Shown: piece by piece, positions 28,021-41,699 of the stretch
How positions within the stretch are numbered: the stretch's first letter is position 1
How the letters are laid out: the number at the start of each line of letters is the position of its first letter
Program-made: the position numbers and the translations under genes
DNA from: Callorhinchus milii
Lineage: Eukaryota
NCBI RefSeq assembly: GCF_018977255.1
Contig: NW_024704743.1
Coordinates: 67,272,001 to 67,336,000, forward strand
Reading direction: 5' to 3'
DNA: 64,000 nucleotides
The notes under the pieces: generated by a model
Databases searched by the model: none
What the model saw: the letters and a program-made list of their open reading frames with translations, nothing else
Told to the model about the DNA's origin: nothing

Positions 28021-28589
28021 AGCTGAGCCTGAGATACACGTGCACGTAAAGGATCATAGAAATTGAAGGACCAAAGGAAACCATTCAGTCCATCATGCTG
28101 GAACTACACTATCTTGCACCTGGCCCTATCTCTCTGACTAGATATAGACTCAGGAATTCCAGCAGAATCCAGCAGGTTGCTGCTGCCATTCCACATAAGC
28201 GCTGTGTGTAGCAAATGCTGCTGACATCACTTCATGAAGGAAGTTAAATCAGTGACACTTCCTGACTATAGTATTCACATGCAGTGTTAAAAAAGGGACG
28301 TCATTGTCACGTACTGTTTATAGCATGCATACACATCATGAAGCAATTGACATTAGCAACACTTCCTGTGTATAGCACATGATAATATATAATAATAATC
28401 CTTGCATTTGATAAATTACCTAAGTTATATCCATCTTATTGTATGCACATGTTCTATACTTCACGGGGGAAATGTGGTCTGATGTATATTGTAGAATGGC
28501 TGCACGGGGGCGGGGGGTGGGGTTAAGAAAGAAGAAGAATATAAAATGATCAGAGGACAAATGAACATGCAGCACTTCATAATAATACG

Positions 28590-28898
28590 AATAATAATCC
28601 TTGCATTTGATATAACATCTTAACGCATCTTCGAGACGCCTCAAAGCGCTTCACAGAATATACTGTAAAGTGAATTGACTATATATTTGTGGGCAAAACT
28701 CGGCAGCCAATTGCGCACAGCAGTGTCCTACAAATAGTCATGAGTTGAAGACCAATTTTATTATTACGTTTTCTTGAGGAATTATTATTAGGCCTGTGGA
28801 GTAAAAAAACTTGCCCAAAGTTTCGCCCTGCTGGGAATCGAAACCAGGTCTCTCGCTTGCAAGGCCAGTGCTCTAACCACTGAGCTACAGGAATCCAC
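28590..28898 (-). mobile_element. Young tRNA-Ala-headed SINE, short form
   Basis: Reverse complement of the 4653/49817/62938 type. Confidence 0.9.
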
Positions 28899-29136
28899 GT
28901 GAACAGCGTGCACTGTGTACAAAGTGACATCAGCGGTAAATTGGCAAAGATCATGATTATTATTTACTGAGGTCTAATTTCTTAACAGGAATCCTTTAGA
29001 AAGGAACTAATGAAGAATCCTCTCTCCATACCAAATCCGGGTAGACAGCAAACCATAGATCATGAACCTGGATTCCAATACAACAGTATGTGTACATGTC
29101 AGAGATAGGTCACCTTTTGACAGGTGCTGTGTACAT

Positions 29137-29490
29137 TAATAATAATACTAATAATAATCCTTGCATTTGATATAGTGTCTCAAAGCGCTTCACAGAATAT
29201 ACTGTAAAGTGAATTGACTGTATATTTTGTGGGCGAAACGCAGCAGCCAATTGCACACAGCAGTGTCCCACAAACAGTGGTGGATTGAGTGAACATTTTA
29301 TTTTTTTGAAGTAATTATTATTTCTGGAAAAGCGATCCATCAATTGACTAACAACCGGGTTCCTACTTACTGCTAGGTAAACAGAGGTGTGTGAAGTAAG
29401 GAAACATGCCTAATGTTTTGCCCTGCTCGGAATTGAACCCAGGTCTCTTGCTTGTGAGGTGAGCGCTCTAACCACTGAGCTAAAGGATTT
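29137..29490 (-). mobile_element. Young tRNA-Ala-headed SINE, long form
   Basis: Contains gttcctacttactgctaggtaaacagagg, the reverse complement of the central block. Confidence 0.9.
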
Positions 29491-30227
29491 CACTTCTGGT
29501 CATGGAAGGAGTCCAATTTACACGACTCCAGAAACAGTTTTTTTTAGGGCAGATTTCCTTACTCTATCAGATCTTAAAAGCGTCCCAAGCTTCTTTTTAA
29601 TGAATTCTGCTAAGAAACTTTGCAAATTAATTCCCATTAATACTTGTTTATTTCATTACAAAAGATGCAAATGATACAAATGTATTGTGTAATTTTCACT
29701 TCCTGCTTTACATATTTTGAAAATATTTGCGATTTCTTTACAAGCCTGTAATTCAAAAATGTGCCTCTGATGAAATTAAACCATATCCTTGTCAATTCAT
29801 AATGCAGTAAGATGACAAATGTCACCACTAAAATCCCATTACTTTCCAATTGTGTAAATTTACTATGAAGAATGAGTATGCGTTATACATAACTACTTTT
29901 AAATTCCAATAATTCACCGTTCATTGAAATATCCAACAATTCATTCATCAGATTGTTTAAAATGATGAAACATAAATAGATGTGCCTAGTTTTGATTTTT
30001 ATTCCTCTGGAATTTAGATGGATAATATTGACTTTTTTTTATTTTATTAGGGATTATGATGATGGGATTTTATTCATTTTGCCCCTTCCTGTGATTAGTG
30101 TATATTGGACTCTGCTGTCTAATAGTAATTTAAGATAGTCCATGGAGGATTAATCAAAGTGCCTAAAGCTAGCTGCACAAATGCAACAAATCAAAGCTGA
30201 TCTCTTGGGCCTACTATAATATTTAAT

Positions 30228-30468
30228 AAAAATAATCCTTGCATTTGATATAGCGCCTTATCATGTCTTCTAGACGTCTCAAAGCTCTTCACAGAATATA
30301 CTGTAAAGTGAATTGACTGTATATTTGTGGGTGAAACGAGCAGCCAATTGCGTACAGCAGTGTCCCACAAACAGTCGTGGATTGAAGTGACCAATTTATT
30401 ATTATTATTTTTTGAAGGAGTTATTACTCCCGGAAAAGCAATCCACCAATCAACTAACAACTGGGTTG
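30228..30468 (-). mobile_element. 5'-truncated young SINE, long form
   Basis: Tail and body present, head missing. Confidence 0.85.
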
Positions 30469-32214
30469 TCTCAACTGTAGAGATAAAGCCTGCAATCTGT
30501 TATTCTTTCTTGATAATTGTATCCAATCATCCCTGATAACATTCTTGTTAATCTAATCTATGATCTCTCTCATGTTATATTATCTTTTCTGGAATGGGGC
30601 AACCAGAACTCTATACAGAATTCAAATAGAGTCTAAGCAAGGTCATCTAACAATTTAGAGTTACATAGGTTAGACAGATTGTATAGCATGGAAACAGGCT
30701 CAACTAGTTTGTGCTGCTGTTTATACTCACACGGGTTTCTACCCCACCTAAGCTCCTTCCCATACCCTTCTATTCCTTTCTCTCTCATGTGTACATCTCA
30801 CTTCCTCTTTAATGTGTCTATACTTAGCAACTAAATTAGGAAATAAACTTTAGCATTACTCTGGACATAAAGCCAAGAAATCTAATTTGCATTCTTTATG
30901 AGCGGCTTCTGTCAGTGGTAGGGAAGCAGCAGGAATGGCTCGAGGAAGCATTGAATAAGCTATGGTGTGCATCACAGCCTTTTTGGCCTGAATAAGGAGA
31001 AATACTCCTTCCCAGCCTTAATAATGCAAACTACATCCTCAAGATGACCAAGAAAATAAACTATCTCAAATAAACCCCCTGCGCATGGCAGCTGTCAGAT
31101 CTATTTGAGTTAGAACTGCCTTCACAGTTCAATGACTTCATTTGACAGAAAGAATTGGACATTGTGAACATTACATCTCTTATGGAAAGCTAGCAGCAGT
31201 GGAAACATCTTCCCTCAACTTTTTGAACAAAGAAGTAACTTTCAAAGTACTGCTGTCATTAACAGTGTTGTTTTGGTCTGATGGTGACAGTGGTTGACAT
31301 ATGCCTACCCTTATATGTCATTGGGGGAGGGAGGGCAGGTGTGTGGTTGACAAAATTATCTGAGACCTGATGCTAATTGGGAGAGTGAACTTATTGTAAT
31401 TAATTAAAGAAAACAAGACTTGGAAAGGTAAAAGCTAATTAGCTACCAATTGTCTGCTTAAATCCTATCAAATTGAATCAATTGCTCAAATTAATTCTAT
31501 TAGTGTTGGTTGGGCCAATGCAAATTCACTCTTACTTTGGATGCAGCTGCAGATTAGCAAATGTTATGCAATGCTAAAGACAGAAACCTGCTACACTCGT
31601 ATTGCTACATATTTCCATACATGCTACAAGTTAATGGCATTTTTGTTGAACGCAAATTATCCCATTATTGAGCCCTTTGCTATAATGCTGCCTTGCTTAT
31701 AGAGCACATGTCTCCTGTGGACTGCATGAATTGTACGCCTGGCTTCCGGTGCTTACCAATCACCTCCCACATTAAAAATGGCTGAGTTGCAAGTGGTCGG
31801 GTTGCCGCTGATATAATTTCCAGCTACTTGCAAACGATGCGCACAAAAATCACTGATGTCACTTTCTCTCTGCTTAGCGTATGTGAAATGGAAGTTATGT
31901 CAGTGGTTACACCAAGTCGGGCCTTGTACCAAGTTATAATGGGATTGTTCTGTATTCTTATTTTTCTCCTCTCAATTAATGGTCCTGGATTATGAGGTTG
32001 CTTTGTATTATTGTGGAATCCTTATTAATCATGATGGCAAAGGAACTGGGTGGTGAAGGAAGTTGGTGTTCAAAAAGAGGTTCCCAAAAACCATGATTGC
32101 CAGTGATACAAGGAAGAAAGAAGATGAAAGAAAAAAGTGTTGGGAGTGTAAGTGATATATGGGTTTACATACTTGACATGATCTTTGCCTGATGGAAGCA
32201 TACGTAAAATGTAA

Positions 32215-32768
32215 TTGGGACTCTATTACAACTCTTCCCTTCACAAGCTGCAGATCATCCAAAACTCTGCAGCTCGTGTACTCTCACGCACCAGGCTCCA
32301 TGACACCATCACTCCCACCCTCGCCCGACTCCATTGGCTCCCCATCCTCCAGAGGATCGAGTTCAAGATCCTCGTCCTCACCTTTAAGGCCATCTACTTC
32401 TCTGACCTGCTGACTCCCTACCAACCTGCCCGCTCCCTCCGTTCATCGGGCTCCGGCCTGCTCCACGTCTCCCTCTCGACCCACCCTACCATTGGTGGCT
32501 GGGCTTTCAGCCTCTCTGCCCCTACACTCTGGAACTCCATCCCACGGTCCCTTCGCCTCGCTTCCTCCCTTGCCTCCTTCAAGACCGGTCTCAAGACCCT
32601 TCTCTTCGACCGTACCTTTGGTCTGCCTTCCACCTCCCTGCCTTCCCTCACCCCTACACTACCCCTTACCCATGCTCGGGCCCTGACACCTGACTGTTCA
32701 GCCCTTTTGGACGTCCTCCCGATGTGAAAGGCGCTCTATAAATGTAATTTTGTTGTTGTTGTTGTTGT
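32215..32768 (+). mobile_element. L2 LINE 3' fragment
   Basis: KLQIIQNSAARVLSRT...LARLHWLPILQRIEFKILVLTFKA...APTLWNSIP; (ttg)n tail. Confidence 0.92.
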
Positions 32769-32842
32769 ATTAGCTAGCTGTCAAGTCTAACCCTGGTGAT
32801 ATATTCTTGCCTCTGGGTCAGTTGATGATATACACAATCCTT

Positions 32843-32943
32843 GCAACAAAAACAGAACTCGCTGGGAACACTCAGCAGGTCAGGCAGCATCTATGGAGAA
32901 AGGAAAGCGAGTCAACTTTTCGGGTCCGTGATCCTTAGTCAGG
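32843..32943 (-). mobile_element. Penelope-like element terminal fragment carrying a degenerate hammerhead motif
   Basis: gctgg.aa.actcagcaggtcaggcagcatct.tggagaa resembles an abundant chondrichthyan repeat end as I recall it. The minus strand reads CTGACTA-aggatc-acg-gaccc-GAAA. Confidence 0.6.
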
Positions 32944-33294
32944 TATAATGCTTGCATTTGATATAGCGCCTTATCATGTCTTTGAGATATCTCAAAGAGC
33001 TTCACAGAATATACTGTAAATTGAATTGACTGTATATTTTGTCGTTGAAACACAGGAGCCAGTTGCACACAACAATATCCCACAAACAACCATGGAGTGA
33101 GTAACCTACTTAGATTGACTTATTTTGGGGATTGTTAGCCAGGACACCGTGAGAAACTCCCTTCTCTTTTCGAATAGTGCTATGGAATCCAGCTGAACAG
33201 GCAGATGGGACCTCAATTAAATGTCTCATCTGAAGGACATCACCTCTGACAATGCAGCACCCTCCCAGAATTGAAATGCAGTATTATTAGCCTG

Positions 33295-33655
33295 TGAGGA
33301 CATGACAGATATCTTTAGGATTCTAAAGGGGAATAACAATGTAAATACACAAAAACTATTTCCTTTAGTTGAGGAGTTGGTGACAAGAAGCAGAGAAATC
33401 AGTATTTTTAGCAAACAATGCAGGGAGAGATTAGAAGGAATTTCTATACTTAGAGGATTGATAGAGTGTGTTATTCGTTACCTCAAGTAGTTAATGTGGC
33501 AGCATCAAAAGAATGATTCAAAGGGGAACTGAATACGCTTGTGAGCAGTAAACGTATTGAGAGATATGGGAAAGTGTGGAAAAGTGGGTTGATTAATGGA
33601 CGGTACCAGTAGTGCTGACATGAGGAGCCCAATGGTCTTCTATGCTGAAAATGTG
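33295..33655 (+). mobile_element. Old CR1 3' fragment
   Basis: DIFRILKG...KLFPLVEELVTR resembles the CR1 ORF2 C-terminus. Similar old fragments lie at ~5040-5620 (-), 37945-38130 and 39760-40095. Confidence 0.65.
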
Positions 33656-36559
33656 TATGTTTAACTGCAATGGACATCTACTTCAAACTGAGAATTACAA
33701 TGCTGACCCCACATTACCATATATCCATTGTTTATGCTTAAATGCCACCTATGCTTAGGATATCACAAATGCTGATGTCAATTGTGATTCTAAAATCTTG
33801 ATCCCAATTTACAGAAGAAAGGATGAAATGATACCAAGCAATCACGCACACCAACCATATCTTGAACAGCTGTCCCACTCTTACTGATATCACACTTGCA
33901 AGAATGCCTCGCAGTACGAGAATTCCTGCTGTTCTCAAGTGCTGTGAGCTGGCATGCCTACTGACTGTACAGTTCAATGCACCGATTATGTAAAAGAGAT
34001 TCGATGGTGCTGCCATCAAGAGCTGCTGTTCACTGAGTGACTGTAGAGCTGTTGTTCCAGTATAAAGGAACCACACTGTTATTGGCTTGGGCTTTCCCCA
34101 GCATGACTGCGAAGTGCATGTTCTGTTTGAACTGGAGCCAGGCCGAGCACAAACAAAATATTTGCTGCCCGTCGCAACCGCTGATTTCTTTCAGAGGAAA
34201 GAATAGAACAATAATGGGTAATCAGGGCAGCCTGGACACCCAGAGCTAACCTGGGTTGCTTTACTTTACAGCAAGTGAGAAAATCATTTTACAGCACGGA
34301 AAGATGTTGAGCCTATTATTATTTAAATGTTACTTTTGTGTGTCTGATCTCTTTCATTTAAATTTCGATTCAACTAATAAGAGAATACAAAATATACATT
34401 CACCGTGTTTCTGCCAACTCTCTGAAAGCTAACCATTTAGTTCCTCTCCTCTTCTTTTATATTTTTGTTTTTTAAACAATTGTCAAATTCCTTTTCAATG
34501 TGGCAAACAATGACTAATATCAATATTTACCAAACTTTAGCAAATCCAGCCAATTATAACTATAACACATCATGAAAGCAGCTGATTTCCTCATCCTGAG
34601 ATTAACAGAAATGTGTATCACACTTCAGAAATTTAAATAGCTTTCTTCTGTCACAGCTGGGTAGTCAACCCCTTATATTTAATAGGCTAAACCTATCACC
34701 TGAAGACACTGCTTGCTTAACTTTTACGTATCTATATTTTGGGGCAAATGTTGGAGAAAGGATTTTCTTCCGATGTCCCGGTCAACAATTGGTTATTCAC
34801 TCCATGGCTGTTTGAAGGACATTGCCACCCGGTCGCAATAATCAATGCCTTTATGAAAGGGAATAAATCAAAATAACTTGGAATTACCAAAAAAACGTCC
34901 TTTGAAGCAGGCAAATTGGAGCATGGCCTCATTGAAATGCTCCTCACATAATGAGTGTGCTGCACTTTGAATGGAAGATAGGATGCCTGCAGTACAGTGC
35001 AAAGCAAAGAGCATTACAGACATTGCCAGCAAAACCATAGGAAGATATCTTCCCATCATGATTTTCTTCCCCAAAGGTACGCCTTTGTTTGATTAATTCA
35101 ATACTTGCATGGTATATACATTATACATATCACAAGAGCACAAGATTAGTTTGGATGAAAAAGACCCTTCAGCCTATCTGATCTCATCCCTCTGGCACAC
35201 CCACCCTACTGTCCTCCCATCACAGCATCAAGCTACTTTTTAAATGCATCTAATGTCCTCACATCAAATATATATTCCATATATACATGATAGAGTTAAC
35301 AAGTCAGAACCATCATGTTTGTATTGCCAAAGTAATTTATCATAGTTTGCTTACATTTCCTCATGTTTTACCAGTTCTTTGACTCAGGTTGTGTTGTTTA
35401 TTATGCAGGGAATTCTTTGGTGATGTTGAAACTGTACCAGAGTCACCTTTCAGAACTATAAGGCAGATGGATCACATCTCCTTCCCTTGTTGCTCATTAC
35501 TTTATCGAACAATTTTGAAAACATTTTATGCAAAACTATCCCTTATTAATAATAATTTTCTGAATCTATGTTAAATTTGAATTTTAAAGTTTCATATTTC
35601 CGATCTTAATATGTAACTAACGGTAAATAATAATCCTTTCACGTCAGAGAACTTCTCAAAGGATTTACTGTAAAGTGTAGCGATTGGAATCTTTAACATT
35701 CACCTGAACAGGCAGCCAGGACCTTGTTTTAACGCCTCATCTGAATGACAGCACCTCCAACAATGTAGCAGACCCTAACACTTATTGGAGTGTCAGTCAC
35801 TACATGAGTTCAAGGTCCTGACATGGGGCTTGAATCCACAACCTTCTCACTCAGAGGCGAACGTGCTACCAACTGAGTAGGCTGATGCTTAACTAGAATT
35901 ACTCAAGTATACAAGACTGTCATTTCACTTTAACAATTGTAAATCTGGAACCTGAGCAATTAGAGGGAAAAGGCTTCCTGAGATAAAGCAGTAATAAATT
36001 GGTTTCATGAAAATGCATCTTATTCCCATCTTATTTCCACCTAATTTGAGAGAGTGAAAATAACAGCCTATCATAAATCACAACTCGACATAAATGTATC
36101 AATACACGTCAGTGCCGTCCTCTTAATTATGTTTACCTGAAGCAGCAAAGAAGATAAGATGTTAAATACAGGACACCTCACTGACAGTGAGACATTATGG
36201 AGAGGTTTAGTGTGAGGTCGAAAATCCCAGGTGGCTCGAGTACTGCTGTTAAAGCGTGTGATATTTGTTTTTTTGGCTTCTAAATCTACTGTGAACACAG
36301 AAAAGCTCAGAGAAGAAGCTGCTTCAAGGAAAGCTCACTTTCAATGCTGACTCATGCTGGACACTACATATGGATGTCGTTCACCACCACTGCCAATCTC
36401 TTGTCCACTCTCTAGTGGTCAGCACAGACATAGTGCTGGAAAGTAACCGATGCCTCTTGCCATGAAAATATCTAGGGATGTAAAAAGCAACTCTTGCAGG
36501 GAGCCCTATATATGTCACAACTCGCGAGACTGCTGTGTTCTGAGATTACCTTGGAGCAG

Positions 36560-36890
36560 TGCTGCCGTTCTTGCCCGGCTTCACTGGTTCCTCATCCCTC
36601 AGAGAATCATTCTCACCTTCAAAACCCTCCAACGTCTTCCTCCCCCAGTCTCTCCGATCTCCTACTCCACATCAGCCTGTCCACTCCCTCTGCTCGGCGG
36701 ACAACGGCTTCAGGTCCCTCGCACTTCCTGCCCCACCATTGGTGGTTGGGCATTCAGCATCTCTGCCCCCACACTCTGGAACTCTATCCCGCAATCCTGC
36801 TGCCTCACCCCCTCTCTTGCCTCCTTCAAGTCCTGTTTAAAGACCTTCCTCTTTGTGCCTTTGTCCGCCGTCCTACCCCCACCACCTGCC
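36560..36890 (+). mobile_element. L2 LINE fragment
   Basis: VLARLHW...GGWAFSISAPTLWNSIP...SFKSCLKTFLF. Confidence 0.85.
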
Positions 36891-37049
36891 TTGAAGTTGA
36901 TATAAATCAGCATGACTCTGGGAAAGCATGGAACCGGCAAGTATGCAGTAATGCACAGTCACTAACATCTATTTCCAGGATTACATGATTCTAGATTAGC
37001 AACTCCTATTGAAGTAAACTGAATTAAGATCATCAAAATATTTGAAAAT

Positions 37050-37420
37050 ATTTCACAGGATTTTACTGTGAAGTGAAGTGACTGTGTATTTGTGAACAAA
37101 TGTCACATCTTATTTGCACACAGCAATGTCCCACAAATAACCATGAAGTGAGTAATTAATGGAGGATTGCTGGCCAGGACACTGGGAGGAACTATTTTCT
37201 CCTATTGAATAGTGCCATGGGAACTTTAACATCCACCTGAACAGGTAGAAGGGATCTCAATTTAACATCTCATTTGAAAAACAGCATTTCTGACAACGTA
37301 GAGCTCTCCAGCACTGCAATAGGAGTGTCAGTCTAGACAATGAGCTGCTGATGTGGGGCTTGATCCTACAAACTTTGGACTCACAAATAAAAGTGCAACC
37401 AACTGAGCTAAACTGACACC
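37050..37420 (-). mobile_element. Older Deu-domain SINE
   Basis: Reverse complement of core and head. Confidence 0.78.
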
Positions 37421-37629
37421 TGGACAACCAGAGTGACCTAGGTGAAATGCGGGCAGATCCAGGGACACAGTTTTCCAATATAGCTCATGAAAGTATTTTG
37501 AACATTAAGTATTGCCCCATACTTTCTTTCTGCTTTAATCTTTTAATGGGAGAGAATGAAATCAATTTATTTTGCACTGTGTTCGTTTTATCAGAGATCG
37601 CAATGATAATGATGGGATACATGATAAAA

Positions 37630-37870
37630 CAACAAAATTACATTTGTAAAGCACCTTTCATGTCTGGAGGACATCCCAAGACTCTGAACAGTCAGGGATA
37701 AGAACCTGAGCGTGGGGGAGGGTTGGGATGAGGGAGGACAAAGAAGTAGGAGGGCGGCTGAAAGCACGGTCGAAAAGGAGGGTCTTGAGTCGTGCCTTGA
37801 AGGAGGCAAGGGAGGGAGCAAGGTGAAGGGATTGTACGATGGAGTTCCAAAGGGTGGGGCAGAGAGGCTG
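37630..37870 (-). mobile_element. L2 LINE 3' end
   Basis: Reverse complement of the L2 tail and ORF end. Shorter L2 3' ends lie at ~14277-14440, 24870-25105, 38905-39045, 52430-52503 and 56878-56940. Confidence 0.85.
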
Positions 37871-40800
37871 ATATCAAAGAATATTGGTTTTGTTTGGCTG
37901 GATCATTCAGTGTTACCATCTGATCTGTAGATTATCGACTCCAAGGAGACGGTTGAGGTAAGAAGTGTTGATTCTTTCAAGCACAGATTAGATAGTTTTC
38001 TTTTAGGAAATAACATTTTGGGATATAGTACATAGGTAGTTTGGGACATATGTGCATGTGACCACCAGGAAGGTGGAAGGCAAACTAAATGGACCTTGGT
38101 CTTTTTTCGTCCAGCATTTCTTATGTTCTTTTAATGATGCTGGCACACTGGGTGGGTTGAATGCTCTGAATTCCCAGCAGCCCAGATATCCATGTCAGCA
38201 AGACCATAATAGAGCCGAAGCAGAGGTAACGAGAAAGGCTAATTCTCAATGTTTTCAGATAGCTTCTCTTTAGCATTAATAAACAAAGAGGTACTGACAT
38301 AGGCCAACAAAACAGAAAGTGTGTATCATGGGATGAAGAACAGCAACATATGCATTTAAATATAGCTAGGTAGTGGTAATCAACAGCTGGAAAAAGGTAC
38401 CAGGAAGGGTGGCCAAGACTAGGACACTGGACTGATTCAAGAAACAGGCTGTTGCTGTAATGGGAAGATGGTAGGGCTACTATTCTGGAAGGATGAGATC
38501 AAATGGGCCGAAGCAACTGTTTGTTAGAACTTCTCTTGTGATCTCATGAATATTTTGAATGATGGCATCACATTTTGGTTCAACCAGGTCAGATGCTGCT
38601 ACATATCAGATGGTGCTCCCTGACTTAATATTTAGCCTTGTTTGTCTGCAGATCATTTTCTTTGAATATAAGCAATTTTACCACTGAACTCTGGCATGAC
38701 CAGGAAGGACAACAGTTAAATGTTAGAACTAAAATTCACCCAGTTGAGATGGTTAAGAACATGAACATGAAGTACAAAGCTTGTGTGGGAGTAGATATTT
38801 CTACCACCAATTCTAACACCAATGAAAAGTTGCACACAAATTCACCAAGTGACAATATATAGTGAGTTATAAATCTTTGGAATAACCTTCTGATTTACAA
38901 TACAATAGCAAATTATATAGTACCTTCCACGTTGGAGGATTCAAAGCTCACAGTGCGGGATGGGTACCCGAGCCCGGACTGGGAGCTGAGAAGGTGGTGG
39001 TGAGAGGAAAGGTGAACACGGTCAAAAGGGTACATTTTGAGCATAGCTTTTGACAAAGCATTCACTTAAATTGTGAGTTGTATATTTTCTTGAGTCAGCA
39101 GGACAAGCTTGTCAAACAAGATTGTTTTATTTTCTGAACTGGGCACGGAACACATTTTGCTCACTACTTTGGCCAGTTGTCAGATTCAAAGGAGATTCCT
39201 TTTGTTTTATTTCCCAAAGGCTGCCATCCAGCAGTCAGATAAATCTCAGTTCAACTCAGAAGCCCATTATAATTTACTGGCATAAGACGATCAACAGGCA
39301 CTGCAAGGAGCAGAATAAATACTTCTGTCATTCCTCTGTCTCGTTTGTATTCATTGTTCACACTTTTCGGTTTATAAACCATTTTTTCTCTGAACAGATG
39401 GCTTTTCTTATAATAGCGTACAGTACTGAGTAAAGCAGGAAATACAAAAAAATCAGTGAAGACAATGAGATTCCAAGGAGCCAGCAATACTGTCGATTCA
39501 ACAATGGTTAAGAGGTCAATTATGGGTAGGTAAGTGGTTCTTAATTACCATGTTTAAAGAGTGATTTACAAACATGTAAATGGTCTGGAGTTGCCTTGTT
39601 AAGGATCACAATACTGATAAATTAGAGGCTTGAATTGATGCAGCTAATCTTCATTGTAAACTTGCTATAAGGGGTACTTATAAAACACTAAACTGTTTAG
39701 TGTGAAGGTTTTGCTTAGACTCTTGAACAGATTGGAGTCCACACCTGAAAGTATTCAAACCAACTGGAGAAGAGAAAGCTCAGGAGAGATCTTGTTAAAG
39801 TATTCAAGATACTAAAGAGTACAGATAAATTGAATTGTAATAATGTGTTTAACATATCCATAAAAATCTAAAACAAGGGGTTATTGGCCTGAAGCTCAGA
39901 AGAGGGAAGGTGAATAGATAGTTTTGATATAATTATTTGACTCCGAAAGTGGTGAATATATTTAATGACCACCCAGAGAGTCTGTAGAGGCAGATGTCAT
40001 CAGCCAATTCATGAGGGTTTAGAATTTAGTTTTTTTTATAAAGTTTGTGACTGGTCAGAAAGACCACAATTCTTCCTGGTCTTGTCCATCCCTATGCAAC
40101 TACAACTACTTAAATTTGTAGCAGTTTAAGAGTTACATTTGTTCCTGTTTCACCCATGTAAACATATCAATGTAAATTGATGTTATTAATAAGTCTATTC
40201 ATTTTAATTGTGTAAACATTATTTGAAAGTTTTCCGGTGTTGAATATTTATATGAGATATGGGGGTATCTAATTAACCCAAATAATTCCAGCTAATCTTT
40301 AGTAAAACAAATTAAACTTGATACATTGGTCTAATTTACGAGACTCCAGCTAACCAGCTAAAACTGCATGAATTACCATTGATATTGCTGACTGGCAAGC
40401 TTTCCCACTGCTTGTCTAGCTCGGACCACCCTACCCATTAGGGCTTTGGCTTGAAGGCTTAACAAGCGCTGAATGGGATGACACCCTGTTCCCAGTGACT
40501 GATCTGCCCTTCCAGGTCCTGCGGATGAGCCAGGCTGACTGTGCTGTCATCAGGAGTGCCCTGGAATACTGCAGACCCGCCTGGCTCAGGAACCAGACTA
40601 TCGAGACTGCCATAGAGGGCTGGCTCGATTCCGACATTACCCACTCGATTCTGCTTGATTCCTGGTTCAAGCACTCCAAAGCTACAACCTCAGTCACTTG
40701 TTATAGTATTGAATGAACCAACCTGCACTATCACAGTACAAATCTGAACTATTCAGATGTTTATTTACTACGACTCACAAATAAACTAGTCACGAGAACG

Positions 40801-41287
40801 TATTGTTACAATGGTTTCTAAGCCTCATTTTTCAGTCCGCCTCTACGGTAGCTACTGCTGAGCCTGTGAGAGATTTATTTACTAACAGCTGAAAATTTTG
40901 CCTTCAAAAACAACAATGCAACAATCAAATATTAAGTGAATAAGGTTGGCTACACAGCAGATAAATGGGAAATTGTGTGCTGCTGTGTTTTGCCACAGGG
41001 CGGTGGGATTTCTGAAGGGCGACTGAATAAAACCGTACAATTTAATACGAATTTTGTAATAAAATAAATCTAGTGATACCAATCACTGAGGTAGACTTGC
41101 TGTGAAAACTGTTGCCGTTCATTTGATTTAGAAACATGGAGCACCAAATTCTAGAGGGAGTACTTTCAGTTAATGGAGGAAATAACACAGTTATAAAATA
41201 ATGATTTCTCCATAGTCAAGAACCCTCTCTTTAATATTGTGCCAGTCCTGGCTGCTTTTACACCAGGCTATTTCATTGACATCTATA

Positions 41288-41698
41288 ACAATAATCCTGT
41301 ATTTGATGTAGTGCCTTATCACCTTGTTGAGATGTTTCAAAGCGCCTCACAGGTTTTTACTGTGAAGTGTAGTGACTGTGTACTTGTAGGTGAACACAAC
41401 AGCCAATTTGCACCCAGCAATATCCCACAAACAGGCATGAAGTGAATGACCCATTTTATTTGGAGGATAAATAATGCCCTTTGAGGAACTCCTTGCTCCC
41501 TCCATATTGCCATGGGATCTTTAACATCCACCTGAACAGGCAGGTGGGGCTGTGGTTTAACATCTCATCCGGAGGATGGCACCTCCAAAAATGCAGGTCA
41601 TGCCCAGCAATGCATTAGAGTGTCAGCCTAGACTATGAGTTCAATATCCTGAGGTGGAGCTTGAACCCATAACCTTCTGATTCAGAGGTAAGAACGCT
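41288..41698 (-). mobile_element. Older Deu-domain SINE
   Basis: Near full length; gccatgggatctttaacatccacctgaacaggcag core. Confidence 0.8.
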
Positions 41699-41699
41699 T

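Noticed and set aside
28679..30460. Recurring short ORFs with similar peptides ([15 protein letters not shown]...) as a gene family or CRISPR-like array
   Set aside because: They are chance translations of the same SINE consensus; copies are dispersed in both orientations with no regular spacers.
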